64,000 nucleotides of DNA, taken from an uncultured cyanobacterium (GTDB lineage Bacteria > Cyanobacteriota > Cyanobacteriia > Cyanobacteriales > CAWCAG01). Where the stretch lies: NCBI GenBank assembly GCA_963803805.1, contig CAWDOD010000004.1, forward strand, positions 256,001-320,000. Reading direction: 5' to 3'. Every line of letters starts with the position of its first letter. Position 1 is the first letter of the stretch. The notes below the pieces were generated by a model. It saw only the letters and a list, made by a program, of their open reading frames with translations. It searched no databases and was not told where the DNA came from. Positions 1 to 11,908 of the stretch are shown one piece after another. The position numbers and the translations under genes were made by a program.

Positions 1-339
1 CAAATCAAGCCTGCTGATGAGGGTGAGATGGCCATTCATAAAAGCTATCAAGGAGTATACAAACAACTAGTAGATGGGTTGAAACGCATAGGAGTTTCAG
101 CTATGCGTCCTGAAGGGCAAGAATTTGACCCTAACCTCCATGAAGCTGTCTTTAGGGAACCAAGCAGTGAATATGCTGAAGGTATAGTCATAGATCAGTT
201 GGTAAGGGGTTATATGTTAGGGGACAAGGTACTGCGCCACGCGATGGTAAAAGTTGCCGCTGAGCAAGAGCAAACCGGAAGCGCAGAGAATTCTCAACCA
301 GGAGATGCTCAAGAGCAAGGAAATAATCTAGAGTCGTAG
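1..339 (+). CDS. grpE: Nucleotide exchange factor GrpE (5'-truncated by the window edge)
   Basis: Frame is open from base 1; FDPNLHEAV...[18 protein letters not shown]rpE C-terminus; lies upstream of dnaK. Confidence 0.95.
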   Translation, partial: QIKPADEGEMAIHKSYQGVYKQLVDGLKRIGVSAMRPEGQEFDPNLHEAVFREPSSEYAEGIVIDQLVRGYMLGDKVLRHAMVKVAAEQEQTGSAENSQPGDAQEQGNNLES

Positions 340-538
340 GTTAAATTGTTTTTAATAGGCTGCATCAACCGATTGAGGTGTCAGTCTCTCAAGATAGAGA
401 TAAGCCAAAATTACTTTCAAACAACTGGGTTAGTAACTTTTGGGCTATATCTAGGCTAATTCTCAACAGAAGGAAGTTGTCTATTGCAACTTACCTGCAT
501 CACAACACTTCTCGCACACCTTATATCGCCGAAGTTCT

Positions 539-2521
539 ATGGGAAAGGTTATTGGTATTGACTTAGGGACAACTAATAGTTGTGTCGCTGTTTTAGAAGG
601 TGGAAAACCGATCGTCATTTCTAACAATGAAGGTGGACGTACCACTCCGAGTATAGTGGGGTTTGGTAAAGTAGGAGATCGTCTGGTCGGTCAACTTGCT
701 AAGCGCCAGGCTGTTACTAACGCCGAAAACACTGTTTACAGTATTAAACGTTTCATTGGCCGTCGCTGGGACGATACTGAGGAAGAACGTTCTCGTGTTC
801 CCTATCAATGTGTCAAGGGTCGCGATAATACAGTAGATGTAAAAATCAGAGATAAAAACTATACCCCTCAAGAAGTATCAGCAATGATTTTGCAAAAGCT
901 CAAAGCTGATGCAGAAACTTTTTTAGGAGAACCGGTTACCCAAGCTGTAATTACAGTCCCAGCATATTTTACTGACGCTCAACGCCAAGCTACCAAAGAT
1001 GCTGGGACTATTGCTGGTTTGGAGGTGATGCGGATTATTAATGAGCCGACATCCGCCTCTTTAGCCTATGGTTTGGATAAGCAAGATGAAGAGCAGCATA
1101 TCCTCGTCTTTGACTTAGGAGGAGGAACCTTTGACGTTTCTGTCTTGCAACTTGGGGATGGTGTATTTGAAGTTAAAGCAACCTCTGGTAATAATCATTT
1201 GGGGGGTGATGACTTTGATAATGTAATTGTTAGGTGGATGAGTGACAATTTCCAGAAAAGCGAAGGTATTGATCTCACCCAGGATAAGATGGCTATACAG
1301 CGTCTACGGGAAGCGGCAGAAAAGGCTAAGGTTGAGCTTTCTAGCATGGCAACCACCTCAATTAACTTACCCTTTATAACTGCTGATGAAACCGGACCTA
1401 AGCACTTAGAAACCGAACTTACTAAAGCTCAGTTTGAAGAATTGGCTAGTGAACTTATTCAAGGTACAACCATTCCTGTTAAACAGGCTCTCAAAGATTG
1501 TGAATTGAGTCCTGATAAAATTGACCGGATTATTATGGTTGGTGGTTCCACCCGCATTCCTGCTGTGGGTCAGGCGATTAAAAGCTTCTTCGGCGGTAAA
1601 GAGCCAGATCGCTCGGTGAATCCTGATGAAGCAGTAGCCCTTGGAGCAGCCATTCAAGGAGGAGTGTTAGGGGGAGAAGTTGAAGACTTATTACTACTAG
1701 ATGTTACGCCCCTATCTTTAGGTATTGAAACATTAGGAGAAGTCTTTACAAAAATTATTGAGCGCAATACCACAATTCCTACTAGTAAATCTCAAGTCTT
1801 TTCTACGGCTACTGATGGTCAAACTTCCGTAGAAATTCACGTTCTCCAAGGGGAGCGGGCTATGGCGAAAGATAATAAGAGCCTGGGGAAATTTCTACTT
1901 ACAGGTATTCCCCCAGCCCCAAGAGGAGTACCGCAAATTGAAGTTAGCTTTGAAATTGATGTTAACGGTATCCTTAAAGTTAACGCTCAAGATAAGGGTA
2001 CTGGGCGAGTACAAAGTATCCGCATCACCAATACTGGTGGCTTAAGTACCTCAGAAGTGGAGCGGATGCGCCATGAAGCAGAGCAGTTTGCGGAGCAAGA
2101 TAGTCGCCGCATGGAGATTGTCGAACTGAGAAACCAAGCTGATAGTCTTTTCTACAGCTATGAGTCTACGTTAAAAGATAATGCTGATTTAATTCGCGAA
2201 GATCTGAAGACAACAGTTCAACAGAAACGAGAGGAATTAGAAGCAGCCCTTGATGACATTTCTATTAGCGTAGAAGAAGTTAAAAACAAGTTAGAAGACT
2301 TCCGCCAGACTATGTTAGCTGTGGGTACAGACGTGTACAATCAAGCTAACCGAGGAGTAGATCAAGAGTTTGAGGCAGTAGAAGATGACGAAGAATTTAC
2401 TGTAGCAGATGATGAACAACCTACTGTAGCAACGCAAGAAACTGAAGAATCTGAAGATCCCTTCGAGTTTAACTTTGATGAAGACGAGACAGTTACTGCT
2501 GACTATGAACAAGTAGAATAG
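539..2521 (+). CDS. dnaK: Chaperone DnaK (Hsp70)
   Basis: [19 protein letters not shown] and [15 protein letters not shown] motifs; acidic C-terminal tail. Confidence 0.98.
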   Translation: MGKVIGIDLGTTNSCVAVLEGGKPIVISNNEGGRTTPSIVGFGKVGDRLVGQLAKRQAVTNAENTVYSIKRFIGRRWDDTEEERSRVPYQCVKGRDNTVDVKIRDKNYTPQEVSAMILQKLKADAETFLGEPVTQAVITVPAYFTDAQRQATKDAGTIAGLEVMRIINEPTSASLAYGLDKQDEEQHILVFDLGGGTFDVSVLQLGDGVFEVKATSGNNHLGGDDFDNVIVRWMSDNFQKSEGIDLTQDKMAIQRLREAAEKAKVELSSMATTSINLPFITADETGPKHLETELTKAQFEELASELIQGTTIPVKQALKDCELSPDKIDRIIMVGGSTRIPAVGQAIKSFFGGKEPDRSVNPDEAVALGAAIQGGVLGGEVEDLLLLDVTPLSLGIETLGEVFTKIIERNTTIPTSKSQVFSTATDGQTSVEIHVLQGERAMAKDNKSLGKFLLTGIPPAPRGVPQIEVSFEIDVNGILKVNAQDKGTGRVQSIRITNTGGLSTSEVERMRHEAEQFAEQDSRRMEIVELRNQADSLFYSYESTLKDNADLIREDLKTTVQQKREELEAALDDISISVEEVKNKLEDFRQTMLAVGTDVYNQANRGVDQEFEAVEDDEEFTVADDEQPTVATQETEESEDPFEFNFDEDETVTADYEQVE

Positions 2522-2620
2522 AGTTTTTTATTAATCAGAGCTACTATTTTCTGTTGTTTCTACATTTGATTAAAATAAATCTAAAACCAACCACTTACCA
2601 CTAACACAATTCAGCACCTT

Positions 2621-3748
2621 ATGGCCCTCGACTACTACGAAATTCTTGGTGTCTCCCGCGATGCCAGCACTGATGACCTTAAACGTGCTTACCGTCGCCT
2701 TGCTCGGAAATACCATCCAGATGTTAACAAAGAACCAGGGGCTGAAGAGCGCATTAAAGAAATTAACCGCGCTTATGAAGTTCTCTCTGAACCAGAAACC
2801 CGTGCCAGGTACGACCGCTTTGGAGAAGCTGGAGTTGGAGGTGCTGGTGCTGGTTTTGGTGATTTTCAAGATATTTCTGGGTTAAGCGATATCTTTGAGA
2901 GTTTCTTCAGTGGTTTTGGGGGTATGGGTACAGGAACATCCCCTCGGCGACAAAGAGGCCCTTCTAGGGGAGATGACCTGCGGTTAGATTTAAAATTGGA
3001 GTTTCGCGAAGCTATTTTTGGGGGAGAAAAGGAAATTCGTATTCCTCATCTAGAAGTTTGTCAAGTTTGTAATGGTAACGGAGCGAAACCGGGAACTCAA
3101 CGTCGCACTTGTTCTACCTGTAGCGGCACAGGGCAAGTCCGCCGTGCTACTCGTACTCCCTTTGGTAGTTTTGCTCAAGTGAGTACTTGTCCTACCTGTA
3201 ATGGTGAAGGGGAAGTTATTGAGGAAAAATGTGAGGCTTGTGGTGGTGCTGGGCGTAAGCAGGAAAGCAAGAAGCTAAAAATTACCATCCCGCCAGGGGT
3301 GGATAATGGTACTCGCTTACGAGTATCCCGTGAAGGAGATGCTGGTACGAGGGGAGGTACACCAGGGGATTTGTATGTTTATCTTTTTGTCAATGAAGAT
3401 AAAGAATTTGAACGGGAAGGAAATAATATTCTTTCTGAAGCGACAATTAGTTATATTCAAGCTATCTTAGGTTGTCGCTTGCCTGTTAATACGGTAGATG
3501 GAGAATCGGAATTAACAATTCCTCCTGGCACTCAACCTGATACAGTATTAACTCTAGAAAATCAGGGTGTACCCAGGTTGGGGAACCCTGTTAGCAGGGG
3601 AGATCATTTAATTACTGTGAAAGTGGCTATTCCTACTCGTGTGGGAACTGAGGAACGGGAATTATTAGAAAAGTTGGCACAACTCAAAGGAGATAGTGTT
3701 GGTAAAGGGGGGTTAGAGGGCTTATTAGGGAAGATGTTTGGCGGATGA
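2621..3748 (+). CDS. dnaJ: Chaperone DnaJ
   Basis: J-domain with HPD, G/F-rich region, four CxxCxGxG zinc-finger repeats. Confidence 0.98.
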   Translation: MALDYYEILGVSRDASTDDLKRAYRRLARKYHPDVNKEPGAEERIKEINRAYEVLSEPETRARYDRFGEAGVGGAGAGFGDFQDISGLSDIFESFFSGFGGMGTGTSPRRQRGPSRGDDLRLDLKLEFREAIFGGEKEIRIPHLEVCQVCNGNGAKPGTQRRTCSTCSGTGQVRRATRTPFGSFAQVSTCPTCNGEGEVIEEKCEACGGAGRKQESKKLKITIPPGVDNGTRLRVSREGDAGTRGGTPGDLYVYLFVNEDKEFEREGNNILSEATISYIQAILGCRLPVNTVDGESELTIPPGTQPDTVLTLENQGVPRLGNPVSRGDHLITVKVAIPTRVGTEERELLEKLAQLKGDSVGKGGLEGLLGKMFGG

Positions 3749-4011
3749 GTAATGTAATGACGACGGGTAAAGAGCAATTACCAGAAGCCCAGCTAGATTT
3801 AAGAGGAACTCCTTGTCCGATTAATTTTGTTCGCACTAAATTACGCTTAGAACAAATGAGTCCCGGTTCTTTGTTAGAAGTTTGGTTAGATCCGGGGGAA
3901 CCAATCGAACAAGTACCAGATAGTTTGGTAATGGAAGGTTATCAATTAGAGGGAATTGAAGATCGTCAGGATTTTTTTGCTCTTAAAGTACGTCGTCCTT
4001 TAACTTCGTGA
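3745..4011 (+). CDS. TusA/SirA-family sulfurtransferase
   Basis: [16 protein letters not shown] motif; 4-bp overlap with dnaJ. Confidence 0.9.
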   Translation: MSNVMTTGKEQLPEAQLDLRGTPCPINFVRTKLRLEQMSPGSLLEVWLDPGEPIEQVPDSLVMEGYQLEGIEDRQDFFALKVRRPLTS

Positions 4012-5060
4012 AAGATGCTGTTGCTGCTGAAGAACTTTTAGGAACAGTTACTACTGTTCAAGCTAATTTTTATCAAGTTCAGTTAGATAATCTTGTTCCT
4101 TTGCTTTGTACCCGTAGGAGCCGCCTGAAAAAGATCGGTCAGAAGGTAATGGTAGGTGATCGCGTGGTAGTAGCGGAACCAGATTACACCGATGGTAGGG
4201 GAGTTATTGCAGAAGTTTTACCACGGCAATCAGTTTTAGAACGCCCTCCTGTAGCGAATGCAGAGCAAATTGTTTTAGTTTTTGCCGTAGAGGAACCAAC
4301 TTTAGATCCTTGGCAATTGAGTCGTTTTTTGGTTAAGGCAGAATCAACTCAGTTATTTCCTCTTTTGTGTTTAAATAAAACTGATTTAATACCTACCCAG
4401 CAAAAGGAAGACTGGTATGGTTGCTTTCAGGGGTGGGGTTATGAAGCAATATTTATTAGCGTGGTTGATGAGCGAGGTTTAGAGGGCTTAACTCAACGGC
4501 TACGGAGGAAAATAAGTATTTTAGCCGGACCTTCTGGGGTCGGTAAATCTAGCTTGGTTAATTCCCTGATTCCTGAGCTGGAAGTGCGGGTAGGGGCAGT
4601 TTCTGGTAAGCTGAGTCGAGGCAGGCATACCACACGCCATGTAGAGCTTTTTGAATTACCTGGGGGGGGATTTCTGGCCGATACGCCCGGTTTTAATCAG
4701 CCCAACTTAAGCTGTGATCCTGCTGATTTAGCTTCCTACTTTCCAGAAGCTCGGCAGCGACTTACTCAGGGGAATTGTCAGTTTAGTAATTGCTTACACC
4801 GAGATGAGCCTAATTGTGCGGTTAGAGGAGATTGGCAACGGTACGAGCATTATCTCAAATTTTTAGAAGAGGTGATCGCCCGTCAAGAAGCTTTGCAACA
4901 GAGGCCAGATGAGGAAGCAAGTTTAAAGTTGAAGATTAAGGGTTCTGGTAAGCGAGAGTATGAGCCAAAGTTAGAAAGTAAGAAGTATCGCCGTAGTTCC
5001 CGTCGTCAGCGACATCAAACTCTCCAAGAACTCTATGAGGAAGCGGAAGAGTCTTTTTGA
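4008..5060 (+). CDS. rsgA: Ribosome small subunit-dependent GTPase RsgA
   Basis: NKTD, GPSGVGKSS, GRHTT, DTPGF and a C-terminal CxFxxCxHxxEPxC zinc site. Confidence 0.95.
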   Translation: MKDAVAAEELLGTVTTVQANFYQVQLDNLVPLLCTRRSRLKKIGQKVMVGDRVVVAEPDYTDGRGVIAEVLPRQSVLERPPVANAEQIVLVFAVEEPTLDPWQLSRFLVKAESTQLFPLLCLNKTDLIPTQQKEDWYGCFQGWGYEAIFISVVDERGLEGLTQRLRRKISILAGPSGVGKSSLVNSLIPELEVRVGAVSGKLSRGRHTTRHVELFELPGGGFLADTPGFNQPNLSCDPADLASYFPEARQRLTQGNCQFSNCLHRDEPNCAVRGDWQRYEHYLKFLEEVIARQEALQQRPDEEASLKLKIKGSGKREYEPKLESKKYRRSSRRQRHQTLQELYEEAEESF

Positions 5061-5701
5061 GTAACGAGTACTTTCAACCAGTTTCTCATGGTTTTAGTGG
5101 GTGGCACTTTAGAATACCTGGATTCAATACCATTAAAATCAGGTTTTGTCAATAGATGATTAAATTCAGTCTCAGTAATAAGTGATTGTAAGAATCTTGT
5201 AGTATTGCAGGCTTTCTTCTATTAAGCTTTTTAATTTAAGGAAAAGCCCTATTCCGCCGTGGCTACGCTCAATTAAAGCTTGTTTTGGGCAAGAAAAAAC
5301 CAAGCTTATCATAGTTTATAAATCTTGATTAATTCTATTACAAAATCAACCACTTTCAAAACCTTGTTGGCTCGTTCTCAACATAACTTTATAAAGATCC
5401 TCAAAAGTTGCTTAGGTTTAAATGATTTAAACCTAGAGTGTAAGAAAGGTAAGTTTTGCTTATCGATGTTAACTTACGCAAAACTTTTGCTTTTTTCCTT
5501 CTTGACATGATATTCTGTATATGGTGAAAAAGGTGCGTTCCTAAAAACCATTTTCCAAACTATTTTTGGCTTGATGATCTAGTTGGTTGGGTCGTTTAAT
5601 TCGAGCTTACTCGTAATACAAGCTAGTTTCATTTCCTGGTTCTATATCTCGCTCAGCAATTCTATGATAGTTTTGAGACGAATTTAAACTATTGATAAGA
5701 A

Positions 5702-6100
5702 GTGTTACCAGAGCAATTTACTATTCGCCACCCCATAGCCATTAGTTTAGGTGCGATCGCTGGTTCTTTGAGTCGTTATTATTTAGGTATTTGGTTAGGG
5801 CAACTTTTGGGTACAAACTTTCCCTATGGTACTCTAGCCATTAACCTTACTGGCTGTTTAGGTATGGGTTTCTTTATCACCCTAGCTTCGGAAAAATTTG
5901 CGACTATTTCTCCAGAATTAGGGTTATTAGTTGCGGTAGGATTTTTGGGTTCTTATACAACTTTTTCTACTTACGAATTAGACACAGTTAATTTACTGCG
6001 GAACAGTACTGTACAAATAGCAATCTTATATTGGTTGGGAAGTGCAATACTAGGATTAGTTAGCATTCAGCTAGGAAGCATTTTAGCTAAAATTATTTAA
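5702..6100 (+). CDS. crcB: Fluoride efflux channel CrcB/FluC
   Basis: [19 protein letters not shown] and [11 protein letters not shown] motifs; four TM segments. Confidence 0.93.
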   Translation: MLPEQFTIRHPIAISLGAIAGSLSRYYLGIWLGQLLGTNFPYGTLAINLTGCLGMGFFITLASEKFATISPELGLLVAVGFLGSYTTFSTYELDTVNLLRNSTVQIAILYWLGSAILGLVSIQLGSILAKII

Positions 6101-6112
6101 GACTTATAACTA

Positions 6113-8797
6113 ATGAAAGTACGGCAGAGAAATATTGTAGCTGCTTTATTGGTAGGAATAATTTCTTTATTGATTCTTACTATATCAACGAGGTTACTGA
6201 CACAATTGTGGTGGTTTGATGCTGTTGGCTACGGACAAGTTTTTTGGACAAGGATAACTTGGCAAGTTCTGATTTGGGTTACTACTGCGGTTATTTACTT
6301 TGCCTTTTTATGGGGAAACTATTGGTTAGCGCAATCTCTTACCCATGAACGCTCTTTTAGTTTCTTTACGGGCAGTTATTTGGAAATTTATAACAAATCC
6401 CTAGTTAATTATCTAGCTTTAGTCATTATTTCTGTTGCAGCTTGGGCCGCAGCGGCTGAGGCTATTCCGGCATGGGAAACCATTCTAAAATACACCCATA
6501 GTACCCCATTTCAATTAGCCGACCCTATTTATGAAAAAGACCTTAGTTTTTACCTTTTCCAGTTACCCCTTTATCAAAGTATTCTTAGTTGGCTATCAAC
6601 TCTTTTAATTGCGGCTTTTGTTCTATCTTTACTTATTTACATTTTCAAAGAAGCTATCTCTTTCCAAAGTCAATGGCGACAAATTCTCACCGGGAAGGTT
6701 AAAATTCACCTCAGCTTTCTTTTAGGTGGAATTGCTTTCTTAAATGCTTTAGGATTTTGGTTACAACGCTACGACTTACTTTATTCCCCAGAAGGAGTAG
6801 TCTTTGGTGCTGGTTATACCGATGTTCACGCTAAACTCTTTGCCTATTGGGTAATGAGTTTCGTTACCCTTGCTTTAGGAATTATGTTCTTTGTAGCCGC
6901 TTCTCGCCCTAATTTAGCTCTACCAATCTATGGCCTTGGTTTATACTTAGCTATTTTCATTTTTATTAATGGCTTTTATCCTTTATGGCAACAAAGATTT
7001 GTCGTTGAGCCTAATGAATTAGAAAAAGAAAAACCTTACATTGAAAATAATATTCAATTTACTCGTAACGCTTACAACTTGCAAGAAGTACAAAGAAAAG
7101 ATTATCCTGCTGAAGCGAAATTAAACCGCCAAATATTGCAGGAAAATGAATCTACTGTCCGCAATATTCGTCTTTGGGATTATCGCCCTCTTTTAAGAAC
7201 CTACCGCCAATTACAAGAAATTCGTCTCTACTATAAATTTAGCGATGTCGATATTGATCGCTATACTTTTGATGGTAATTATAGGCAAGTAATGCTCTCT
7301 CCCAGGGAACTTTCCTATGCCCAAGTTTCTGATCGCGCTCGTACTTGGGTTAATAAAAGATTAAAATATACCCACGGCTACGGCTTAGCCATGAGTCCTG
7401 TTAATACTGTTGCCCCGGATGGTTTACCAGAACTATTTATTAAGGATATTCCTCCTGTATCAGCAGTAGATTTAACCATTACTCAACCGAGAATTTATTA
7501 CGGCGAGGAAACTAATACTTATATTTTTACTGGTACTAGTACTAAAGAATTTGACTATCCTGTAGGGGAAGAAAACGCCTTCAATAACTACGATGGCAAA
7601 GGAGGAGTTTCTATCTCTTCTTTCTGGCGTAGGTTAGTTTATGCCTATAACCAACGTAGCATTAAAATTTTACTTTCCAATTACTTTACTAATAATTCTC
7701 GCATCCACTACCACCGAAGTATTAAAGATAGAGTAAAACAAATAGCTCCTTTTTTACGCTTTGATGATGATCCTTACATAGCTGTCATTGAAGGTAAATT
7801 AACTTGGCTTATTGATGCCTATACTACTAGCGATCGCTACCCCTATTCCGAACCATTAAAAAGCAATCAAGGGACTGAAATTAATTATATTCGTAACTCT
7901 GTCAAAGTTATCATTGATGCCTATGACGGCACAATGACATTTTTTATAGTAGATGAAAAAGATCCGGTATTAGCAACTTATCGGAAGATTTTTCCAGATT
8001 TATTTACCTCCCAAGCCAGGATTTCTCCGGAAATAAAAGCTCATTTTCGCTATCCCTCGGATTTGTTTAAAATCCAAGCACAAATGTATCTTGCTTACCA
8101 CATGAGTAATCCTCAAGTTTTTTATAACCGCGAGGATCTTTGGCGTTTTTCTACCACAGTATATGAAGGCAAGCAAGAAACAATGGAACCCTATTATTTG
8201 ATTATGCGTTTGCCAGGGGAACTTCAAGAAGAATTTGTACTTATCTCCCCCTTTACCCCCGTTAATAAAGATAATATGATTGCCTGGATGACAGCCCGTT
8301 CTGATGGGGAAAATTATGGTAAATTATTACTTTATAAATTTCCTAAACAAGAGCTAGTTTATGGTCCTTCGCAAATTGTTGCTAGGGTAGATCAAACTCC
8401 AGAAATTTCCGAACAATTAACTCTTTGGAGTCAAGAAGGTTCCCGGGTTATTCGTGGGGATTTGTTAGTTATTCCCATCGAAGAATCTTTACTCTATATA
8501 GAACCAGTTTACCTGCGGGCAGAACAAGGAGAACTTCCAGAACTGAAGCGGGTTATTTTAGCCTACGATAAGGATATTGTCATGGAAGAAAGTTTAGAAC
8601 AGTCTTTTGCTGCTATTTTCGGGGAGCAAGAAAGAACAACCACCGCTAATCAAACTACCTCTAATTTAGCTGACTCTGCTTTAGCAACTCTGCAAAAAGC
8701 GAAAGAAGCTTTGCGCTTAGGTGATTGGTCTGATTATGGACGTTATCAGCAGGAATTAGAGAGTTTGTTACAACAGTTAAGTAGAAGGGAAAATTAA
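6113..8797 (+). CDS. UPF0182 family membrane protein
   Basis: N-terminal TM helices; GAGYTDVHA, NIRLWDYRP, YTHGYG and NYIRNSVK motifs. Confidence 0.92.
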   Translation: MKVRQRNIVAALLVGIISLLILTISTRLLTQLWWFDAVGYGQVFWTRITWQVLIWVTTAVIYFAFLWGNYWLAQSLTHERSFSFFTGSYLEIYNKSLVNYLALVIISVAAWAAAAEAIPAWETILKYTHSTPFQLADPIYEKDLSFYLFQLPLYQSILSWLSTLLIAAFVLSLLIYIFKEAISFQSQWRQILTGKVKIHLSFLLGGIAFLNALGFWLQRYDLLYSPEGVVFGAGYTDVHAKLFAYWVMSFVTLALGIMFFVAASRPNLALPIYGLGLYLAIFIFINGFYPLWQQRFVVEPNELEKEKPYIENNIQFTRNAYNLQEVQRKDYPAEAKLNRQILQENESTVRNIRLWDYRPLLRTYRQLQEIRLYYKFSDVDIDRYTFDGNYRQVMLSPRELSYAQVSDRARTWVNKRLKYTHGYGLAMSPVNTVAPDGLPELFIKDIPPVSAVDLTITQPRIYYGEETNTYIFTGTSTKEFDYPVGEENAFNNYDGKGGVSISSFWRRLVYAYNQRSIKILLSNYFTNNSRIHYHRSIKDRVKQIAPFLRFDDDPYIAVIEGKLTWLIDAYTTSDRYPYSEPLKSNQGTEINYIRNSVKVIIDAYDGTMTFFIVDEKDPVLATYRKIFPDLFTSQARISPEIKAHFRYPSDLFKIQAQMYLAYHMSNPQVFYNREDLWRFSTTVYEGKQETMEPYYLIMRLPGELQEEFVLISPFTPVNKDNMIAWMTARSDGENYGKLLLYKFPKQELVYGPSQIVARVDQTPEISEQLTLWSQEGSRVIRGDLLVIPIEESLLYIEPVYLRAEQGELPELKRVILAYDKDIVMEESLEQSFAAIFGEQERTTTANQTTSNLADSALATLQKAKEALRLGDWSDYGRYQQELESLLQQLSRREN

Positions 8798-8965
8798 CGA
8801 TATGTATGGCAATTCTATTTGAGATGTGAATAAAATTTTTGGGAACACCAGAACAGGGAACTATTTAGCAATTAGCTATTAGCTGTAGCAAAGGTGTAGA
8901 AGGAACTGCTATGTTTAGGCTAAAATTCTTAGTATATCAAGGGAACTATTCTAAAGGAAGAAGCT

Positions 8966-9355
8966 ATGAATGACGAACAAAATAATAGTAGCATAGTACA
9001 AGAAGCTAACCATGAAGAAATTCCGGTACAAAGAACTCCTCCTTGGGGAAAAGTTACTGTCCTCGAAGAAGGAGTTAGATATAGAATTAATCGTATTGAA
9101 GTTAAGCCAGGGCATCACATCAGTACGCAAATGCACTATCACCGCAGCGAACATTGGATTGTAGTTTCTGGTACAGCCAAGGTGGTTTGTAATGATGAAG
9201 AAACAATCTTGATGCAAAAGCAATCAACCTATGTACCGATGAATACTCGCCATCGTGTCGAGAATCCTGGTGTTATTCCTTTAGTGATGATTGAAGTGCA
9301 AAATGGTGAACATTTAGGTGATGATGATATTATTCGTTTTGAAGATAAGAATTAA
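8966..9355 (+). CDS. Cupin, mannose-6-phosphate isomerase type II C-terminal-like
   Basis: PPWG, QMHYHRSEHWIVVSG, HRVENPG and EVQNGEHLGDDDIIRFED motifs. Confidence 0.9.
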   Translation: MNDEQNNSSIVQEANHEEIPVQRTPPWGKVTVLEEGVRYRINRIEVKPGHHISTQMHYHRSEHWIVVSGTAKVVCNDEETILMQKQSTYVPMNTRHRVENPGVIPLVMIEVQNGEHLGDDDIIRFEDKN

Positions 9356-9508
9356 CTAAAAGTCGTTCATAAGTGGCCCGAAGTTGACTTTGAGACTTTT
9401 AAACATGGGTCGCTTTCAAAATTTTTAGCTCTCAAAAAGCAAGTCCAGACAGACAATTAAAGTGGGGGAGTTAGTAAACCGACAATTAACTTTACTCCCT
9501 CATTATTA

Positions 9509-11245
9509 TTAATAATAACGTCCTGACTTACGATGTTGCATCGCTGTAATGCCATCATTTTCCAACACTTCACCTTTATCTACTGTGGCAACAATTAAAA
9601 AGTGGTCACTAACTTCAAGCCGACTCGTCATAGTGCATTCTAGATAAGCTAAAGCCTCTTCAATAATCAAACAACTGTTGCTAGCAGTTTGAGTAGTGAC
9701 ATTATTAAAAGAATTGCTAACTTGAGGGGAGAAATTTCTTCTCACATCTCTACCTTCATTGAGGATATTCAACACAAACTTATCCCCTGGATTACTGATT
9801 AAATCGGCTTTTTGTTCTTTGGCGATGGCAATCATAATACCAGGAGGATTAAATGTTGCTTGAGATACCCAAGAAGTTAGCACCCCACTATGATGATTGT
9901 CTTGGTTAGTAGTTAAAACGCAGAGGGAACCAACAATCCTACCTACTGCTTGTTCAGTGCGATCAATCTGAGTTTCGGTGATTCCTTGGCGAGGAGTACG
10001 AAGTTTTTTAGCCTTTTTCAGTTTTTGGGTAAATTCTTTGCCTGCCTGTTCACATTCTTCTAAAGTAATAGCAGTGGGATTAAAACGTACTCGGATTGGT
10101 TCAAAGCCAAAGCTGTAATTGGCATCTTTTAATTTATTTTCTAACATATCGATGGCTTCACCACTCCAACCATAGGAACCAAACACCCCTGCTAACTTAG
10201 TTTTAGCTGCTGTAGCTAAAACAATACCCAATGCCGTTTGGATTTGGGTGGGTGCATGACCTGCTAATGTAGGGGAACCAATGATAAAACCATCACAACT
10301 TTGAATTGCTTGGGTGATTTCTTCAGTAGAAGCGAGTTCACAATTAATTGATTCTACTGCAACCCCAGATTGCACTAACCCTTGAGTAATTGCCCCAGCT
10401 AGGGTTGCAGTGTTGCCGTAGGCAGAGGCATAAAGGAGAACTACTTTAAATTCTTGGTTGGTTTGTTGTTGACACCAGGAGGCATAGTCATAGCTAAAGC
10501 GACTGAGGCTATACTTAACTAACGGGCCATGGGCAGGGGCATAGATCTGGCTAGGTAAAGGTGAAAACTTAGCTAAGGCAGTTTCTAACTGTTTGCTTTG
10601 GGTAGCGTAGAGACAGTCAAAATAGAAGCGGCGGTCTTGATCTAATTTTTTCCAGTTATCATCAAAAATGGGTTCATCGCACAAATGAGTCCCAAAAAAT
10701 TTATCACTGTAAAGGATTTTGGTTTGAGGATCATAGGTACACAATCCATCTACCCAACGGGGAGTAGGAACACTAATAAATTTTAGTTGATGTCCTTGTC
10801 CTAAATCTAAAGTATCGTTGTCTCTAACCACTTTAATTTGCAATTCTTCAGGAGAATCTAAAGTGGCTTGAATGGCTTTAACTGCTGGTTTAGCACAAAT
10901 AATTTGCGCTTGGGGTGCTTTTTTGATAATAACTTGTACCGTTGCTAAACGATTAGGGTTAACGTGCTGTAAGATGATGTAATCTAATTTTTTCCAGTCA
11001 AGGTGCTGTGCTAATATTTCTAGATAAGTTTGAGTAAAAGATTTTCCCGGCGGATCAATTAAGGCGATTTTATCTCCTTGAATGAGATAGGAGTTAGAGG
11101 TTGTACCTTTTTGACGAGAATATTCAACTTCAAACTTTAATCTTTCCCAAGTACGGGAGCGTAATATTTTAGTATTACTACTAATTGTTTCTACTTGAAA
11201 GTCTCTTGCCTTAACAGAGGTTGCTTTAATGTTTCCCTGTACCAT
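9509..11245 (-). CDS. flv2: Flavodiiron protein Flv2 (non-canonical diiron ligands)
   Basis: Beta-lactamase-like, flavodoxin (SAYGNT) and flavin reductase domains; HVNPNR and PRWVD replace HTEPDH and HWPD; third gene of the flv4 operon. Confidence 0.88.
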   Translation of the reverse strand: MVQGNIKATSVKARDFQVETISSNTKILRSRTWERLKFEVEYSRQKGTTSNSYLIQGDKIALIDPPGKSFTQTYLEILAQHLDWKKLDYIILQHVNPNRLATVQVIIKKAPQAQIICAKPAVKAIQATLDSPEELQIKVVRDNDTLDLGQGHQLKFISVPTPRWVDGLCTYDPQTKILYSDKFFGTHLCDEPIFDDNWKKLDQDRRFYFDCLYATQSKQLETALAKFSPLPSQIYAPAHGPLVKYSLSRFSYDYASWCQQQTNQEFKVVLLYASAYGNTATLAGAITQGLVQSGVAVESINCELASTEEITQAIQSCDGFIIGSPTLAGHAPTQIQTALGIVLATAAKTKLAGVFGSYGWSGEAIDMLENKLKDANYSFGFEPIRVRFNPTAITLEECEQAGKEFTQKLKKAKKLRTPRQGITETQIDRTEQAVGRIVGSLCVLTTNQDNHHSGVLTSWVSQATFNPPGIMIAIAKEQKADLISNPGDKFVLNILNEGRDVRRNFSPQVSNSFNNVTTQTASNSCLIIEEALAYLECTMTSRLEVSDHFLIVATVDKGEVLENDGITAMQHRKSGRYY

Positions 11246-11284
11246 AATTCGTTTCCTTAAATAATTGTCAAGCTGGTAAATTAA

Positions 11285-11824
11285 TCAATTTGATGATTGA
11301 GGTTTTATTTTGCTGGGAGAATGACTATTAATTTCTTTGGCAATTTTTTGTTTATATCTTTCAGATATTCTTTGTTCGGGATCAATGCCTTCAAAGGTGG
11401 GAGGTAGCCAAACCCTGACTACTAATAAGACTGCTAAAGCTAATAAAAAAGAGCAAGTTGCTAATACCTGACTCCAAGGAGTTTCTAAAATGCCTTTGAC
11501 AATAACTTCTCTTAAGATCGAAACAATCGAAACTTCAACGGCAACCCCAATAGAAACCCGATGTTCTTGTAAGTAAATGATTAACAATCGGAATAGTTCA
11601 ACTAAAATTAGTAAAAACAGAATATCAGCCGTCACTCCTGTAAAATTCAAAGGTGGTAACAAAGAGACAAACATCTCTCGCAATTGAATTACCATAAAGC
11701 TAAATAGACCAATACAAAGGGAGATAATAATTAAGTCTTGGATAAATTCCAAAATTCTAATTACTCCGCCGCTATTGAGTAGCTTATACCAGGGAGTTGG
11801 TGAATTATTAACAGGTTCATACAT
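11285..11824 (-). CDS. PsiE-like membrane protein, Sll0218 homologue
   Basis: Four TM segments, ILVELFRLLIIYL motif, position between flv4 and flv2. Confidence 0.85.
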   Translation of the reverse strand: MYEPVNNSPTPWYKLLNSGGVIRILEFIQDLIIISLCIGLFSFMVIQLREMFVSLLPPLNFTGVTADILFLLILVELFRLLIIYLQEHRVSIGVAVEVSIVSILREVIVKGILETPWSQVLATCSFLLALAVLLVVRVWLPPTFEGIDPEQRISERYKQKIAKEINSHSPSKIKPQSSN

Positions 11825-11908
11825 TGCATTTGTTTGATTAGTTTGCTGAAGAGAAATACACTGGAAAAGGGGAAGATAAAAGTATGTTCTTTACCTATTA
11901 CCTATTAC

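Noticed and set aside
378-566. 62-aa ORF between grpE and dnaK
   Set aside because: No recognisable motifs and it overlaps the dnaK start; likely spurious.
5325-5510. 61-aa TTG-start ORF upstream of crcB
   Set aside because: AT-rich intergenic sequence with no RBS or motif.
5515-5600. Possible fluoride riboswitch upstream of crcB (GGTG...GTTCCTAAAAACC...GCTTGATGA)
   Set aside because: Only a loose resemblance; the GATGG..TTC.CC core and pseudoknot pairing could not be built by eye. An Infernal search with the crcB model would decide.
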